This document shows, in pieces, positions 8,752 through 18,585 of a stretch of 64,000 bases of DNA (positions within the stretch are counted from its first letter, which is position 1; the number at the start of each line of letters is the position of its first letter). The stretch comes from an uncultured Deferribacteres bacterium. Lineage in GTDB: Bacteria; Zhuqueibacterota; Zhuqueibacteria; Zhuqueibacterales; Geothermadaptataceae. Under the pieces are notes generated by a model. The model saw only the letters and a list, made by a program, of their open reading frames with translations, was not told the DNA's origin and made no database searches. Location of the stretch: assembly GCA_964014485.1 (NCBI GenBank), contig CAXHAT010000011.1, positions 1 through 64,000 on the forward strand. The letters are read 5' to 3'. The translations under genes and the position numbers were made by a program.

Positions 8752-11613
8752 CTAAGCCGCCGTCTGAGCTAACTTTAGATTCTCGACGCGCTCGAATTCG
8801 CGCTTCAGGAATTGCCCGGTGAAGGAGCGGTCAGCTTGGGCGATTTCTTCCGGCGTGCCTTCAGCAACGATTTCGCCGCCGCCGTCGCCGCCTTCCGGGC
8901 CGAGATCAATGAGCCAGTCAGCGGTTTTGATTACGTCAAGATTGTGCTCGATGACGATAACCGTGTTGCCCTTATCCGCCAAGCGGTTGAGCACGCTGAG
9001 CAGCATTTTCACATCTTCAAAATGCAGACCGGTCGTCGGCTCATCAAGAATATAAATTGTGCGACCGGTGGCGATTTTCGAAAGTTCCGTCGCCAACTTA
9101 ACGCGCTGCGCTTCCCCGCCGGAAAGCGTGGTCGCCTGCTGACCGAGCTTGATGTAGCCAAGCCCGACGTCAAAAAGCGTTTGCAGTTTGCGCTTGACAC
9201 GGGGAATATTTTTGAAAAACTCCAGTCCTTCCTCAACAGTAAAATCAAGAACGTCCGCAATCGATTTGCCGCGATACTTGATTTCCAGCGTTTCGCGATT
9301 GTAGCGCTTGCCTTTGCACGTTTCACACTTGACGTAAACGTCGGGCAGAAAGTGCATCTCAATTTTAATCACCCCATCGCCCTGACACGCCTCGCAGCGT
9401 CCGCCTTTAACATTGAAGCTGAACCGTCCCGGTTTATAACCACGAATTTTCGCTTCGTTGACCTGGGTAAAAAGATCGCGGATGTGCGTGAACAAACCGG
9501 TGTAAGTCGCCGGATTGGAGCGCGGCGTACGGCCAATCGGCGATTGATCGATGTCGATAACTTTGTCGATAAACGCCAGACCGGAGAGTTTTTCGTAGTG
9601 CAGCGGCGTTTTTTTCGAGTGCATTATTTCACGCGCAAGCGCCTTGTACAACGTCTCATTGATCAGCGTGCTTTTGCCCGAGCCGGAAACGCCCGTGACG
9701 ACGATAAATTTGCCCAACGGAAAATCAACCTTAACATTTTGCAAATTGTTGCCGTTTGCCCCGGAAATAGTGATTGCATTGCCGCTGCCCGGGCGGCGCT
9801 TCTTCGGCGCTGAAATGCTCTTTCTGCCGGAAAGATAGTCGCCGGTCAGAGATTTTTCATTGGCTGCGACCAAGTTGGGCGGCCCGGCGGCGACGACTTT
9901 CCCGCCATGAACGCCTGCGCGCGGCCCTAGATCGATCAGCCAATCCGCCGATTCCATCGTGTCCAAATCGTGCTCGACGACAATGACGGTGTTGCCCAAA
10001 TTACGCAGTTTTTTGAGCGTATTGATCAAGCGCTCATTGTCACGCTGATGCAAGCCAATAGACGGCTCGTCTAAAATGTAAAGCACGCCGACCAATTGGC
10101 TGCCGATTTGGGTGGCCAGGCGAATGCGCTGCGCCTCGCCGCCGGAAAGCGTGCCCGCTGTGCGATCGAGCGTGATGTACTCTAACCCGACGCTGTTGAG
10201 AAAGCCGATCCTTTCCTGAATTTCCTTCATAATCTGATGCACGATTTGCTGCTCGCGGTCTGTCAACGTCAGGTTATTAAAAAACTCAAACGCGTTCCGG
10301 ATCGACATTTTGGTCACGTCGTGAATGCTTTTTTCGTGCACATAAACCGAAAGCACTTCTTTTCTCAGGCGCGCGCCGTGACATTCATGGCAGGGCAGAA
10401 CGTTCATGAAGCCTTCGATCCAATTGCGAATATAATTGCTGTCCGTCTGTTTGTAGCGCCGCTCGAGATTTGGAATCACGCCTTCGTATTTTCCGGTAAA
10501 CTCCGCTTGCACTTTGCCGTCGCCGCGCTCATAGGCAAAACGCAATTCCTGGTCGCCTGTGCCATACATCACAACTTTTTGCTGCTCTCCAGTGAGCTCA
10601 TACCAGGGTTGGTCGAGAGTGAAGTCATACTCCCGCGCAACAGTTTTGATCTGACTGAAATACCAACCGTCCCGGCTTTCGCCAAGTGCGCTGAGCGCGC
10701 CGTTATTGATCGAAGCGTTCCTGTCGTTCACGATCAACTCGGGATCCACTTCCATCGTTGTGCCCAAACCGTTGCAGGCTTTGCACGCGCCGTAGGGACT
10801 GTTAAAAGAAAACATGCGCGGCGCCAGTTCCTCCATGGATACGCCGCAATCGACGCAAGCGTAATGCTCGCTGAAAAGCAATTCTTCTTTGCCGATAACA
10901 TCGATCAAAACCAGCCCGTCGGCCAAATGGAGCGCCGTCTCGACCGAATCGGTCAGGCGACTTTTGATGTTCTTTTCAACCACCAGACGGTCAACGACAA
11001 TTTCGATGTTGTGCTTGAATTTTTTGTCGAGATGGATTTTTTCGGAAAGATCGCGAATTTCGCCGTCGACGCGAATGCGAATGAATCCGTCCCGGCGCGC
11101 CTGTTCGAAAATTTGCGCGTACTCGCCTTTTCTGCCGCGCACGACCGGCGAGAGCACCTGGAATTTTTCGCCTTCCGGCAATTCCAAAACGGCGTCAACG
11201 ATTTGCTGCACGGTCTGTCGTTCAATCAATTTGCCACAATTGTAACAGTGCGGCTTGCCGATGCGTGCAAAAAGGAGACGGAGATAGTCGTAAACTTCAG
11301 TCACTGTGCCGACGGTTGAGCGCGGGTTGCGGCTGGAAGTTTTTTGTTCGATTGATATGGCGGGAGAAAGGCCTTCGATGTAGTCAACGTCGGGTTTTTC
11401 CATCAGACCGAGAAACTGGCGGGCGTACGCCGAAAGGGATTCGACGTAACGTCGCTGGCCTTCGGCGTAGATTGTATCAAACGCGAGACTTGATTTGCCT
11501 GAGCCGGAAAGCCCGGTGATGACGATGAGCTTGTATCTTGGAATCTCAACGTCAATGTTGCGCAGGTTATGCTCGCGCGCACCTTTGACGATAATTTTTT
11601 CCTGATCCATCAT
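8752..11613 (-). CDS. uvrA: Excinuclease ABC subunit A
   Basis: GAREHNL, two Walker A motifs ([16 protein letters not shown]), two LSGGEAQR signatures, Zn fingers, [12 protein letters not shown]; start at ATG 11613 or 11610. Confidence 0.98.
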   Translation of the reverse strand: MMDQEKIIVKGAREHNLRNIDVEIPRYKLIVITGLSGSGKSSLAFDTIYAEGQRRYVESLSAYARQFLGLMEKPDVDYIEGLSPAISIEQKTSSRNPRSTVGTVTEVYDYLRLLFARIGKPHCYNCGKLIERQTVQQIVDAVLELPEGEKFQVLSPVVRGRKGEYAQIFEQARRDGFIRIRVDGEIRDLSEKIHLDKKFKHNIEIVVDRLVVEKNIKSRLTDSVETALHLADGLVLIDVIGKEELLFSEHYACVDCGVSMEELAPRMFSFNSPYGACKACNGLGTTMEVDPELIVNDRNASINNGALSALGESRDGWYFSQIKTVAREYDFTLDQPWYELTGEQQKVVMYGTGDQELRFAYERGDGKVQAEFTGKYEGVIPNLERRYKQTDSNYIRNWIEGFMNVLPCHECHGARLRKEVLSVYVHEKSIHDVTKMSIRNAFEFFNNLTLTDREQQIVHQIMKEIQERIGFLNSVGLEYITLDRTAGTLSGGEAQRIRLATQIGSQLVGVLYILDEPSIGLHQRDNERLINTLKKLRNLGNTVIVVEHDLDTMESADWLIDLGPRAGVHGGKVVAAGPPNLVAANEKSLTGDYLSGRKSISAPKKRRPGSGNAITISGANGNNLQNVKVDFPLGKFIVVTGVSGSGKSTLINETLYKALAREIMHSKKTPLHYEKLSGLAFIDKVIDIDQSPIGRTPRSNPATYTGLFTHIRDLFTQVNEAKIRGYKPGRFSFNVKGGRCEACQGDGVIKIEMHFLPDVYVKCETCKGKRYNRETLEIKYRGKSIADVLDFTVEEGLEFFKNIPRVKRKLQTLFDVGLGYIKLGQQATTLSGGEAQRVKLATELSKIATGRTIYILDEPTTGLHFEDVKMLLSVLNRLADKGNTVIVIEHNLDVIKTADWLIDLGPEGGDGGGEIVAEGTPEEIAQADRSFTGQFLKREFERVENLKLAQTAA

Positions 11614-11754
11614 GTTTGAAAGCGGGGTTGTGGCGAAAAGTGAAAATTTGCAAAAAACGGCGGGCAATATATAACAATTTTGCAGAAAATGAAATATTTG
11701 GAAGACGTTTTTAACTGTTGCAATTTGCATTCGCAAAGCGACCAGTTATAAAAC

Positions 11755-11789
11755 AAAAAAGCACCGTGAAAAGTCACGATGCTTTTTTT
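11755..11789 (-). terminator. Intrinsic terminator after the tRNA pair
   Basis: aaaaaagca-ccgtga-aaag-tcacga-tgcttttttt hairpin with A/T tracts on both sides. Confidence 0.75.
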
Positions 11790-11793
11790 AGAG

Positions 11794-11868
11794 CGGGACC
11801 GACGGGCTTCGAACCCGCGATCTCCGGCTTGACAGGCCGGCGTGTTAACCAGGCTACACCACGGTCCC
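11794..11868 (-). tRNA. tRNA-Asp(GTC)
   Basis: Reverse complement GGGACCGTGGTGTAGCCTGGTTAACACGCCGGCCTGTCAAGCCGGAGATCGCGGGTTCGAAGCCCGTCGGTCCCG folds as a cloverleaf; CCA not encoded. Confidence 0.96.
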
Positions 11869-11885
11869 TTGAGATCTTTCGTAAG

Positions 11886-11960
11886 TGGGCGATACTGGAT
11901 TCGAACCAGTGACCCCCTGCTTGTAAGGCAGGTGCTCTGAACCAGCTGAGCTAATCGCCC
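11886..11960 (-). tRNA. tRNA-Val(TAC)
   Basis: Reverse complement GGGCGATTAGCTCAGCTGGTTCAGAGCACCTGCCTTACAAGCAGGGGGTCACTGGTTCGAATCCAGTATCGCCCA. Confidence 0.96.
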
Positions 11961-12226
11961 GCAGGATTCACATTTTCTTCTGCGTCGACCTTGCGTTCTC
12001 GATAGAGAATTGAAATCGGGATAACGACGCAATAACCAATAACCAGCAAAACAGGCGCAACGCTCAAAGAAGAAAAACTGGCGGCAGGCCCTTGAGAGAG
12101 CGCGATATAACCAGCGACTATGATGACAATTCCGATTGCAAACAGCAGGTAGTTAACTTTGCTGAACGGCAGCGCACGCGGTTTCGCAACTGCTTTTTTT
12201 CTTCTTCTGGACTTTGTGTTTGCCAT
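11951..12226 (-). CDS. Small 2-TM membrane protein (DUF3098-like)
   Basis: LPFSKVNYLLFAIG..I..GY.AL; SLSVAPVLLVIGY.V.IP.SI; stop codon lies inside tRNA-Val. Confidence 0.75.
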   Translation of the reverse strand: MANTKSRRRKKAVAKPRALPFSKVNYLLFAIGIVIIVAGYIALSQGPAASFSSLSVAPVLLVIGYCVVIPISILYRERKVDAEENVNPAGD

Positions 12227-12251
12227 GCCAACCTGATTTTTTGAAGCGCTA

Positions 12252-12280
12252 AATATAACCGCCGAAGCCGCGATTGTCAA
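12252..12280 (-). promoter_or_regulatory. Sigma70-type promoter for the DUF3098-tRNA-Val-tRNA-Asp unit
   Basis: TTGACA-17 nt-TATATT on the minus strand, 25 nt upstream of ATG 12226. Confidence 0.7.
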
Positions 12281-12390
12281 TAGAAAAGATTGCTTTTTTG
12301 AATGCTTGTTTTTCTATAGTTTCGGAACCTATTACACCTTTTAAGTCAAAAAGTTCAGCTTACTTTGAGTTGGATAGAGTAGCGCAAAAA

Positions 12391-13794
12391 TTATTTTGCG
12401 AAGATTTTGATTTGAGAGTTTTGCCAGTTTGATACAGCCTTATCACAATTACCAGCTAAACTGCATTCACAAAAAGCCATCTTAAAAATTAAAGGTTTGT
12501 TATTTGGGTTTGATCTATTCAGATTCAGAATCTTCGATATTTGGGTGATTCGTTGGTTTGTAAGAGATTCTTGTTTATTATCCCGGTCTCTGTTCATATC
12601 CGTGTAAATTATAAAAAGCTTCTTTCCTGATTTTGAAATCTTGTTTATTCGTCGACGATCGTAGTGACCTGGATTTTCGCTATTATACCCAAAAAAAACA
12701 ACCTGCCGCTCTCCCAAGTCTTTGCTTGTTTCGATAACGTATTTTAAAAGTTCAATGGTCACGGGTCGATTTTTTGCTGAGCTTAACGAGCTTCTTATAG
12801 CCTTTGCTAAACAAGCTGGCTCTGGAAAATCAGGCAAATACAATGAAATAAATGTTCGCAGTTGATCGAGAGAGATCTTCTTACCTATGGTAGCATTATC
12901 TATTATTTGCCTTTCAAGCATCAGAATACAATATTCAGCCAAGTGTAAAGCTTGCTGACGAGCATCATCAGGGAGATGTATTTCTTTTAGTAAGTTATTC
13001 TTTGTTATCGTATGCTTTTCCTGCAAATCCTTAGTTAAAAATGCACTTAGATCGTTTACTGAAATGTATTTCGCCTGACTGACACTGCGCAGGTTATCAA
13101 TAAATGCAGGTCTCTTGTCTTTGATCAGTTTCATTGTTCTTTCGATACAAAGATGCCAGGCGTATGTCGTGACGGCGTTTATGTAAACATCATTCAGCGT
13201 TTTATGCCGATCATTTTGCTTATTATGCAAAGCCAAAGCTGTTCTAAATGATGAATCTGCATATTTTAAATTTTGGCGGAATATTTTAGCGTACAGTGGA
13301 TCGACTGGCAAACGGGATGCCCATAAATAGTACAAATCTCCAAGCTTTCTGTAAATTGTCGCCTTATCAAGCCCGGACGATTCATCAATGCTAGGTGAAA
13401 GGGCTTTTTTATAATATTCTTCAGCTCGTTTGTAAAAGCCGCTTCGTCTTAACGCGTCGGCGATGACGACATATTGGGCGACGGTAATCTCTCCAAAAAC
13501 TCCGTACAAATTATCTTCGATGATTTCAAGGGATTCCAAAAGATCAAGCTTCATCATTAGCCCGGAATCTTCGTCACTCTGATTTTGAGCAAGAGCTTTT
13601 ACGGAGCCGACTAATATTTGACGCTGCAAAGAAGTATATTGCACGAGAGTCAGGAAAGCGATGACTGCGCCTATGAATAGAGCTGCGAGAGCGGAGGGTT
13701 CACGGTTCTGTTCTTTTTTATGAAATTGGTACAATAGACGACAAACTAAAACGAATAGGACAAGCAGAGCCAAGACAAACAAATACTTAAACAT
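12391..13794 (-). CDS. AT-rich hypothetical membrane protein: 2 N-terminal TM helices, TPR-like region, possible degenerate OmpA-like C-terminus
   Basis: 467-aa ORF; AEEYYKKAL and ATIYRKLGDLY are TPR-like; C-terminal VFFGYNS..YTD..N..SLTNQRI..NSQIKI. Confidence 0.6.
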   Translation of the reverse strand: MFKYLFVLALLVLFVLVCRLLYQFHKKEQNREPSALAALFIGAVIAFLTLVQYTSLQRQILVGSVKALAQNQSDEDSGLMMKLDLLESLEIIEDNLYGVFGEITVAQYVVIADALRRSGFYKRAEEYYKKALSPSIDESSGLDKATIYRKLGDLYYLWASRLPVDPLYAKIFRQNLKYADSSFRTALALHNKQNDRHKTLNDVYINAVTTYAWHLCIERTMKLIKDKRPAFIDNLRSVSQAKYISVNDLSAFLTKDLQEKHTITKNNLLKEIHLPDDARQQALHLAEYCILMLERQIIDNATIGKKISLDQLRTFISLYLPDFPEPACLAKAIRSSLSSAKNRPVTIELLKYVIETSKDLGERQVVFFGYNSENPGHYDRRRINKISKSGKKLFIIYTDMNRDRDNKQESLTNQRITQISKILNLNRSNPNNKPLIFKMAFCECSLAGNCDKAVSNWQNSQIKIFAK

Positions 13795-14089
13795 CGTACG
13801 AATCCCCGTGGGAAATAACTATAATTCTAAGCACTGCAAAAATTTGACTTTTGGTTATAACACTCGTCGTGAAACGACAAAATCTGATTCGAAAACAATT
13901 CTGCTCTCATGGGTTCAGCATTTGATTTGGAAAAGTGTGCTGCAATGAGGCGGCGTTTCGCTGTTGCCTTCCGATCTGGCTCTAGAAAAACACGTATCTG
14001 GCACTTTATTGAACCCCCTAAAGATCAAACGCCGCTCAGACAGAATGGACTGAGCGGCGTTTAAGTAGATACGAAATTTTCGATTGTGA

Positions 14090-14926
14090 TTATGCAGTCG
14101 TCTCGGCCATCGTATTTTTGATTGCTTCAACGATGCGTTCGTGAGCAACGCCGTTGCTGACCAACATGCCGTCAAGGTTTTTGACTTCTTCTCTGGAATA
14201 ATCCAATTCGCCGCCGTGGACGTCCGTCATAACGCCGCCTGCAGCTTCCAAAATGGCTTGCGGGGCGCAACTGTCCCACATTTTGGTGTAAGGGCTTGGA
14301 TGGATGTAAAGATCGCACTCGGCGCGTGCGATGAGGCCGCACTTCAAACCGACGCTCCCGCTTTTTCGTAAATCTTTGATCCCCAGCGATTTGCGGATAT
14401 CGTCAACGACAGGCTCCATATGCGAGCGGGAGACGACCATTCTGAGCGTGCTAAGCTTGTCGCGTTTCGTCACGGCCAGTTCTTTTGAGTCGCCATTCTG
14501 GACCATGGTTGCACCCAGGCCCTTGGCGCCAAGATAAAGGCGATCTTCAGTCGGCTGGTAAACGCCGCCCAAAACCGGCTTGCCTTTATGCGCCAAGCCA
14601 ATCATGATGGAAAACTCGCCGTTCTGACTGATGAACTCTTTTGTCCCGTCCATCGGATCGATAATCCAGACTAAATCGCGAGAGAAGCGAGTGTTGTTGT
14701 CTTTCGATTCTTCCGAAAGCAGGCCGTCTTCGGGGAAGGCTTTTTCAAGGCAACTGATGATGTATTCGTTGCTTGCATGGTCGGCGGCGGTCACCGGCTC
14801 ATTTTTGTTTTTGTAGTCTACGCTTGAGTTGTCGCCGTAAAAATGCAGAACTTCTAGTCCGGCGCCGCGCAGAATTGGCACGAGACACTCCAGACGCTCT
14901 TTTTTCTCGTTGTTTGTTAAAGCCAT
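14090..14926 (-). CDS. cysQ: 3'(2'),5'-bisphosphate nucleotidase
   Basis: PVTAAD, LSEE, WIIDPMDGTKEF, VVSRSH, GSVGLK, WDSCAPQAILEAAGG. Confidence 0.88.
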   Translation of the reverse strand: MALTNNEKKERLECLVPILRGAGLEVLHFYGDNSSVDYKNKNEPVTAADHASNEYIISCLEKAFPEDGLLSEESKDNNTRFSRDLVWIIDPMDGTKEFISQNGEFSIMIGLAHKGKPVLGGVYQPTEDRLYLGAKGLGATMVQNGDSKELAVTKRDKLSTLRMVVSRSHMEPVVDDIRKSLGIKDLRKSGSVGLKCGLIARAECDLYIHPSPYTKMWDSCAPQAILEAAGGVMTDVHGGELDYSREEVKNLDGMLVSNGVAHERIVEAIKNTMAETTA

Positions 14927-15076
14927 TGAAACCAGCCTTTTTGAGTGACAATTTCCCGGTTAAAATTTTGATTATAAGATGAACATTACCTGAGTCGAAC
15001 GGCTTTTGCGGAGTTTGAACAGGAGCGGCCCCCAAAAGATTTCGTTTTAGCGCGTATGAGCGTCATTCAATCAAAA

Positions 15077-16654
15077 TCATTTCAACGATTTTAGAATTTC
15101 CAGCGCCGCCAAACGCCCCGGCGCACCGGTGATGCCGCCGCCGGGGTGCACCCCCGAACCGCACTGAAAATAATTGCGAATCGGCGTTTTGTACTGCGCC
15201 AAACCATGCGCCGGACGTAAGAAAAAAAGCTGAGAAAGCGTAAGTTCACCCTGGAAAATGTTGCCCTGCGTCAAACCGATTTTTTGCTCGATGTCCCATG
15301 GCGTGACAACCTGTCGGTGCAAAATAATATCTTTCAGATTTGGAATATACTCGGCAAGAGTATTCACCACAACGTCGCCGAAAGCCTCGCGTTTTTCTTC
15401 CCACGTCCCTTCGCGCAGTTTATATGGCGCGTACTGCACAAAACAAGACATGACATGTTTTCCAGGCGGAGCCATGCCGGGATCAATCATCGATGGGATG
15501 ATCACGTCCATGTATGGGCGGCGAGAAAAATCGCCATACTTTGCATCGTCGTACGCGCGTTCAATATAGTCGATGCTCGGACTAATTGATATAGCGCCGG
15601 CAAGATGCGGACCGGGGCCGGGCATGCAGCTTAAATCCGGCAATGCGTCCAACGCCAAATTGACCTTTGCCGAAGAGCCTCGAATATTAAAATTTTCGAT
15701 GGATTGCACCATCTCCTCGGGCAATTGCTTTGGGTCGACCAATTTGAGAAACGTCAGCTTCGGGTCAACGCTTGAAGCGACAACGTCGGCGTAAATTTCA
15801 TCGCCGTTTTGCAGCGCGACGCCAACGGCCTCGCCGTTTTTCACGATCACTTGCTCAACCGGCGCATCCGTTTTGATTTCAACGCCGAATTCTTGCGCCG
15901 CGCCGGCAATCGCGTCCGCAACGCCGCCAGTGCCGCCTTTCTGGAAGCCCCAGGCGCGGAAGACACCGTCGATTTCGCCCATGTAATGATGCAGCAACAC
16001 ATACGCCGTGCCCGGCGATTTTGGCCCGAGATAAGTTCCGATAACGCCGCTGGCCGATAGCGTGGCTTTGAGAACATCGGTTTCAAACCATTCGTCGAGA
16101 AAGTCCGAGGAACTCATGGTCATGAGCTTGACCAGCGTGTAAAAGTGCTCTTCGCGCAATCCCAAAATATGTTTGCCCACGCCTGCCAGACCGCTCAGTT
16201 CTTTCGGCGACATTCTGGTCGGATCGGGCGGTGTAACGCCGAGCATGTACTTGACCGCCTTGGCCATAAAAAACATATCGCGGCCGTACTCGTCGTAGGC
16301 TTCGGCGTCGCGCGGGGAAAATCGTGCAATATTGCGCATTGTGTGGAAGTGATCGCCGTCGCGGTAAAGGCAGTCGCCGTCGGGCAGAGGAGTGAGCGTA
16401 CTTTCCAGCGGCAGAATGGTGAGGCCGTGTTTGGTCAGGTTGAGATCGCGGATGATTTCCGGTCGCAGAATGCTGACAACGTAGGAAAAAACGGAATATT
16501 TAAAACCGGGATAAATTTCTTCGGTGACGGAGGCTCCGCCAACCAAATGACGTTTTTCCAAAACCAGCACGCGCTTTCCCGCCTTGCCTAAGTAAGCCGC
16601 GGCAACCAGTCCGTTATGCCCCCCGCCAATAATAATTGCGTCGTATTTTTTCAT
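15077..16654 (-). CDS. Phytoene dehydrogenase-like FAD-dependent oxidoreductase
   Basis: DAIIIGGGHNGLVAAAYL, VGGASVTEE, GL.GGNIFQGEL-like, GSGVHPGGGITGAPG. Confidence 0.9.
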   Translation of the reverse strand: MKKYDAIIIGGGHNGLVAAAYLGKAGKRVLVLEKRHLVGGASVTEEIYPGFKYSVFSYVVSILRPEIIRDLNLTKHGLTILPLESTLTPLPDGDCLYRDGDHFHTMRNIARFSPRDAEAYDEYGRDMFFMAKAVKYMLGVTPPDPTRMSPKELSGLAGVGKHILGLREEHFYTLVKLMTMSSSDFLDEWFETDVLKATLSASGVIGTYLGPKSPGTAYVLLHHYMGEIDGVFRAWGFQKGGTGGVADAIAGAAQEFGVEIKTDAPVEQVIVKNGEAVGVALQNGDEIYADVVASSVDPKLTFLKLVDPKQLPEEMVQSIENFNIRGSSAKVNLALDALPDLSCMPGPGPHLAGAISISPSIDYIERAYDDAKYGDFSRRPYMDVIIPSMIDPGMAPPGKHVMSCFVQYAPYKLREGTWEEKREAFGDVVVNTLAEYIPNLKDIILHRQVVTPWDIEQKIGLTQGNIFQGELTLSQLFFLRPAHGLAQYKTPIRNYFQCGSGVHPGGGITGAPGRLAALEILKSLK

Positions 16655-16820
16655 GAGCGGAATGATAGCATTTTCGTCCATACGGCAAAACCATTTCCAC
16701 CCAAGCAGGGAGAGGTGAAGCGTGTTAGAAAGTAACTGATCAGCTATTAGCTGCTGGCCTTTAGCCCTTGGCTCAACTATTGAAATTAGCAGCCAATAAC
16801 CAACGGTTTCCGGAGAACTC

Positions 16821-16872
16821 TTTCGGAGTGCGACGATTCATCGTCGCCAGCGACGACAAGCTTCACTCCAAA
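16821..16872. repeat. REP-like palindrome (ggagtg...cactcc type)
   Basis: tttcggagtgcgacgattcatcgtcg...cactccaaa; a related element lies at about 41510-41629. Confidence 0.5.
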
Positions 16873-16978
16873 GAAGTTACTCCTTGATCGAGACTGCAAG
16901 CGATGTTGGTTAGCTTAATTGTAACGTCAGAAAATATCTAACCTGAATATTTCATAGGCGCTCAGTTCATTCTGAAAG

Positions 16979-17608
16979 TCAACGTTTTAACGGGCGTTTA
17001 ACATGCTCGCTCTGAGGGTGCCCGGTTCGAATCCACGCCTCTAACTCGCCCGCATTTTTGCAGACTTTGCGAAGATCGTCACTGAACTCCATCATCAAAT
17101 CCGTTTGCACCTTAAATTCGGCTTTGAGTTCTCCTGCAGAATCGTAGAAGGCGTCAACGCCGTGTTGCGCGGCGGGCAGGGCGACGTTTTCGATGAACTC
17201 CAAACGCCTGATATAATTTTGATGAATGCCAAGAAATTCGCTGTAAAAATAGCCCAGCGCGAGCCTCAGTTCGGGATCGAACATGCTTGCAATGCCGGAT
17301 GAAACCGCCTCGTCCCAAGCGGCGGTTGGCGGCGAAGGCGCGCCTGGAATACGATAAAACTTCGGAATTGTGCGACGCCCCGCCTGATTTTGCGCTTTCC
17401 AGCGCTCGATTCGCACGGAGATTGAATCTGCGTGTTGCACGCCCTTGATTTGGAAACGCACAAGTTCAATGAGAATCGCTTCTTTGGTTCGGTTCAATTG
17501 CCGTCTTTCTTCAAGACCCTTTCGGTGGTTCTCGACAATAAAAGCGGCCGTGACTCCAACGAAAACGACCAGCAGTTCCGCCGCTATGCGGCCTATTCTA
17601 AACTTCAT
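16979..17608 (-). CDS. Hypothetical membrane-anchored protein
   Basis: N-terminal ELLVVFVGVTAAFIVEN TM followed by helical region; start taken at ATG 17608. Confidence 0.6.
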   Translation of the reverse strand: MKFRIGRIAAELLVVFVGVTAAFIVENHRKGLEERRQLNRTKEAILIELVRFQIKGVQHADSISVRIERWKAQNQAGRRTIPKFYRIPGAPSPPTAAWDEAVSSGIASMFDPELRLALGYFYSEFLGIHQNYIRRLEFIENVALPAAQHGVDAFYDSAGELKAEFKVQTDLMMEFSDDLRKVCKNAGELEAWIRTGHPQSEHVKRPLKR

Positions 17609-17630
17609 GGGACATTGACTCGACAGTTTT

Positions 17631-18245
17631 TTAGATAAACGCTTCAATCAGCATTTGATGAGGCAGCAAGTCTAAATCAACAACCGTTTTGGCAAAGCCG
17701 GCCTGCAACAGTTCTTTTTGTATGATTTCCGGCTGGACCTTGATATGTTCCGGCGGGCCGAAAGGAAGTTCGCCGGGACGAAAATCGATGATGAGAAATC
17801 TGCCGTTTTCTTTAATTCCGGCTCGAATTTTTTTGAGATAATCGACGCGGTCTTTGAAGTGATGGTAAGTGTTCACGGTCAACACGACGTCCGCCGCGTT
17901 TTCTTGCAAAGCCGGATTGCTTTCGTCGACCAATCTGATCTTTACATTTTTGGCGCGCACTTCATTTTCACGCTCTTTTCTCTCTTCAAGAAATTCAATA
18001 AATCTGGCGTCGTAATCGAGCGCTGTCACATTTTTGGCCTTTGTCGCCATTCGAAAAGTGAAGTAGCCGCTGCCCGCGCCCAAGTCGATCACCGCTTTGT
18101 CGGACAAGTCGCCGAGCCGAGCGATGACCGCTTCGGGTTTTTGCCATATTTGCCGATCCTCTCCTTCAAATCTCGCCACTAAATCTTCAAAGCTTGTTTT
18201 GTGCATGTGCGCGTTGCCTGCGCTAGGTTTTTCACATTTTTTCAC
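17631..18245 (-). CDS. Class I SAM-dependent methyltransferase
   Basis: R..WQKPE.V, IDLGAGSGYFT, TYHH, GRFLIIDF, GPP, LPHQ; start GTG 18245 or ATG 18206. Confidence 0.88.
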   Translation of the reverse strand: MKKCEKPSAGNAHMHKTSFEDLVARFEGEDRQIWQKPEAVIARLGDLSDKAVIDLGAGSGYFTFRMATKAKNVTALDYDARFIEFLEERKERENEVRAKNVKIRLVDESNPALQENAADVVLTVNTYHHFKDRVDYLKKIRAGIKENGRFLIIDFRPGELPFGPPEHIKVQPEIIQKELLQAGFAKTVVDLDLLPHQMLIEAFI

Positions 18246-18470
18246 GAGTTATCCACATTTTATCCTTCCGCACCTTGAAAATGATCGGAAACTAAATTTT
18301 ACAAGAATTTAAACTAAATTTCAAAACTTTGCGCAAAAATGTCTCTAAATGAAACAATTTCAAAGACTTTTAGCGAAAGTGAGACACAAAATTAACGATT
18401 TTTGCCAGAATATTTCAGCTTTTAAAATTGAGCCGTTTTTCAAATTATGACCAATAAGAAGTTATCCACA
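18228..18470 (+). promoter_or_regulatory. Cluster of DnaA-box-like 9-mers
   Basis: TTTTTCACA 18228-36, TTTTTCACG 18238-46, TTATCCACA 18249-57 and TTATCCACA 18462-70, flanking an AT-rich tract. Confidence 0.45.
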
Positions 18471-18585
18471 CCTCAGGCGTTATTCGTTGACAAACTAATG
18501 GCAAAGCCGTTTATTGCAGGCCCGTTTCCCGGAATCGAGCCGGATTGATGACACGGACTAGCGACCGATAATCAGATTAAAAACA

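Noticed and set aside
8812..11319. Long plus-strand ORFs (333 and 360 aa) antisense to uvrA
   Set aside because: Shadow ORFs produced by the codon bias of a conserved gene; no recognisable motifs or RBS
11610..12032. 140-aa ORF and the extended uvrA N-terminus to 11736
   Set aside because: The ORF runs through both tRNAs and the terminator; UvrA homology begins at MDQEKI (11613/11610)
11794..13794. tRNA-targeted genomic island
   Set aside because: The AT-rich gene lies 5' of the tRNAs; no duplicated tRNA 3' end or integrase seen
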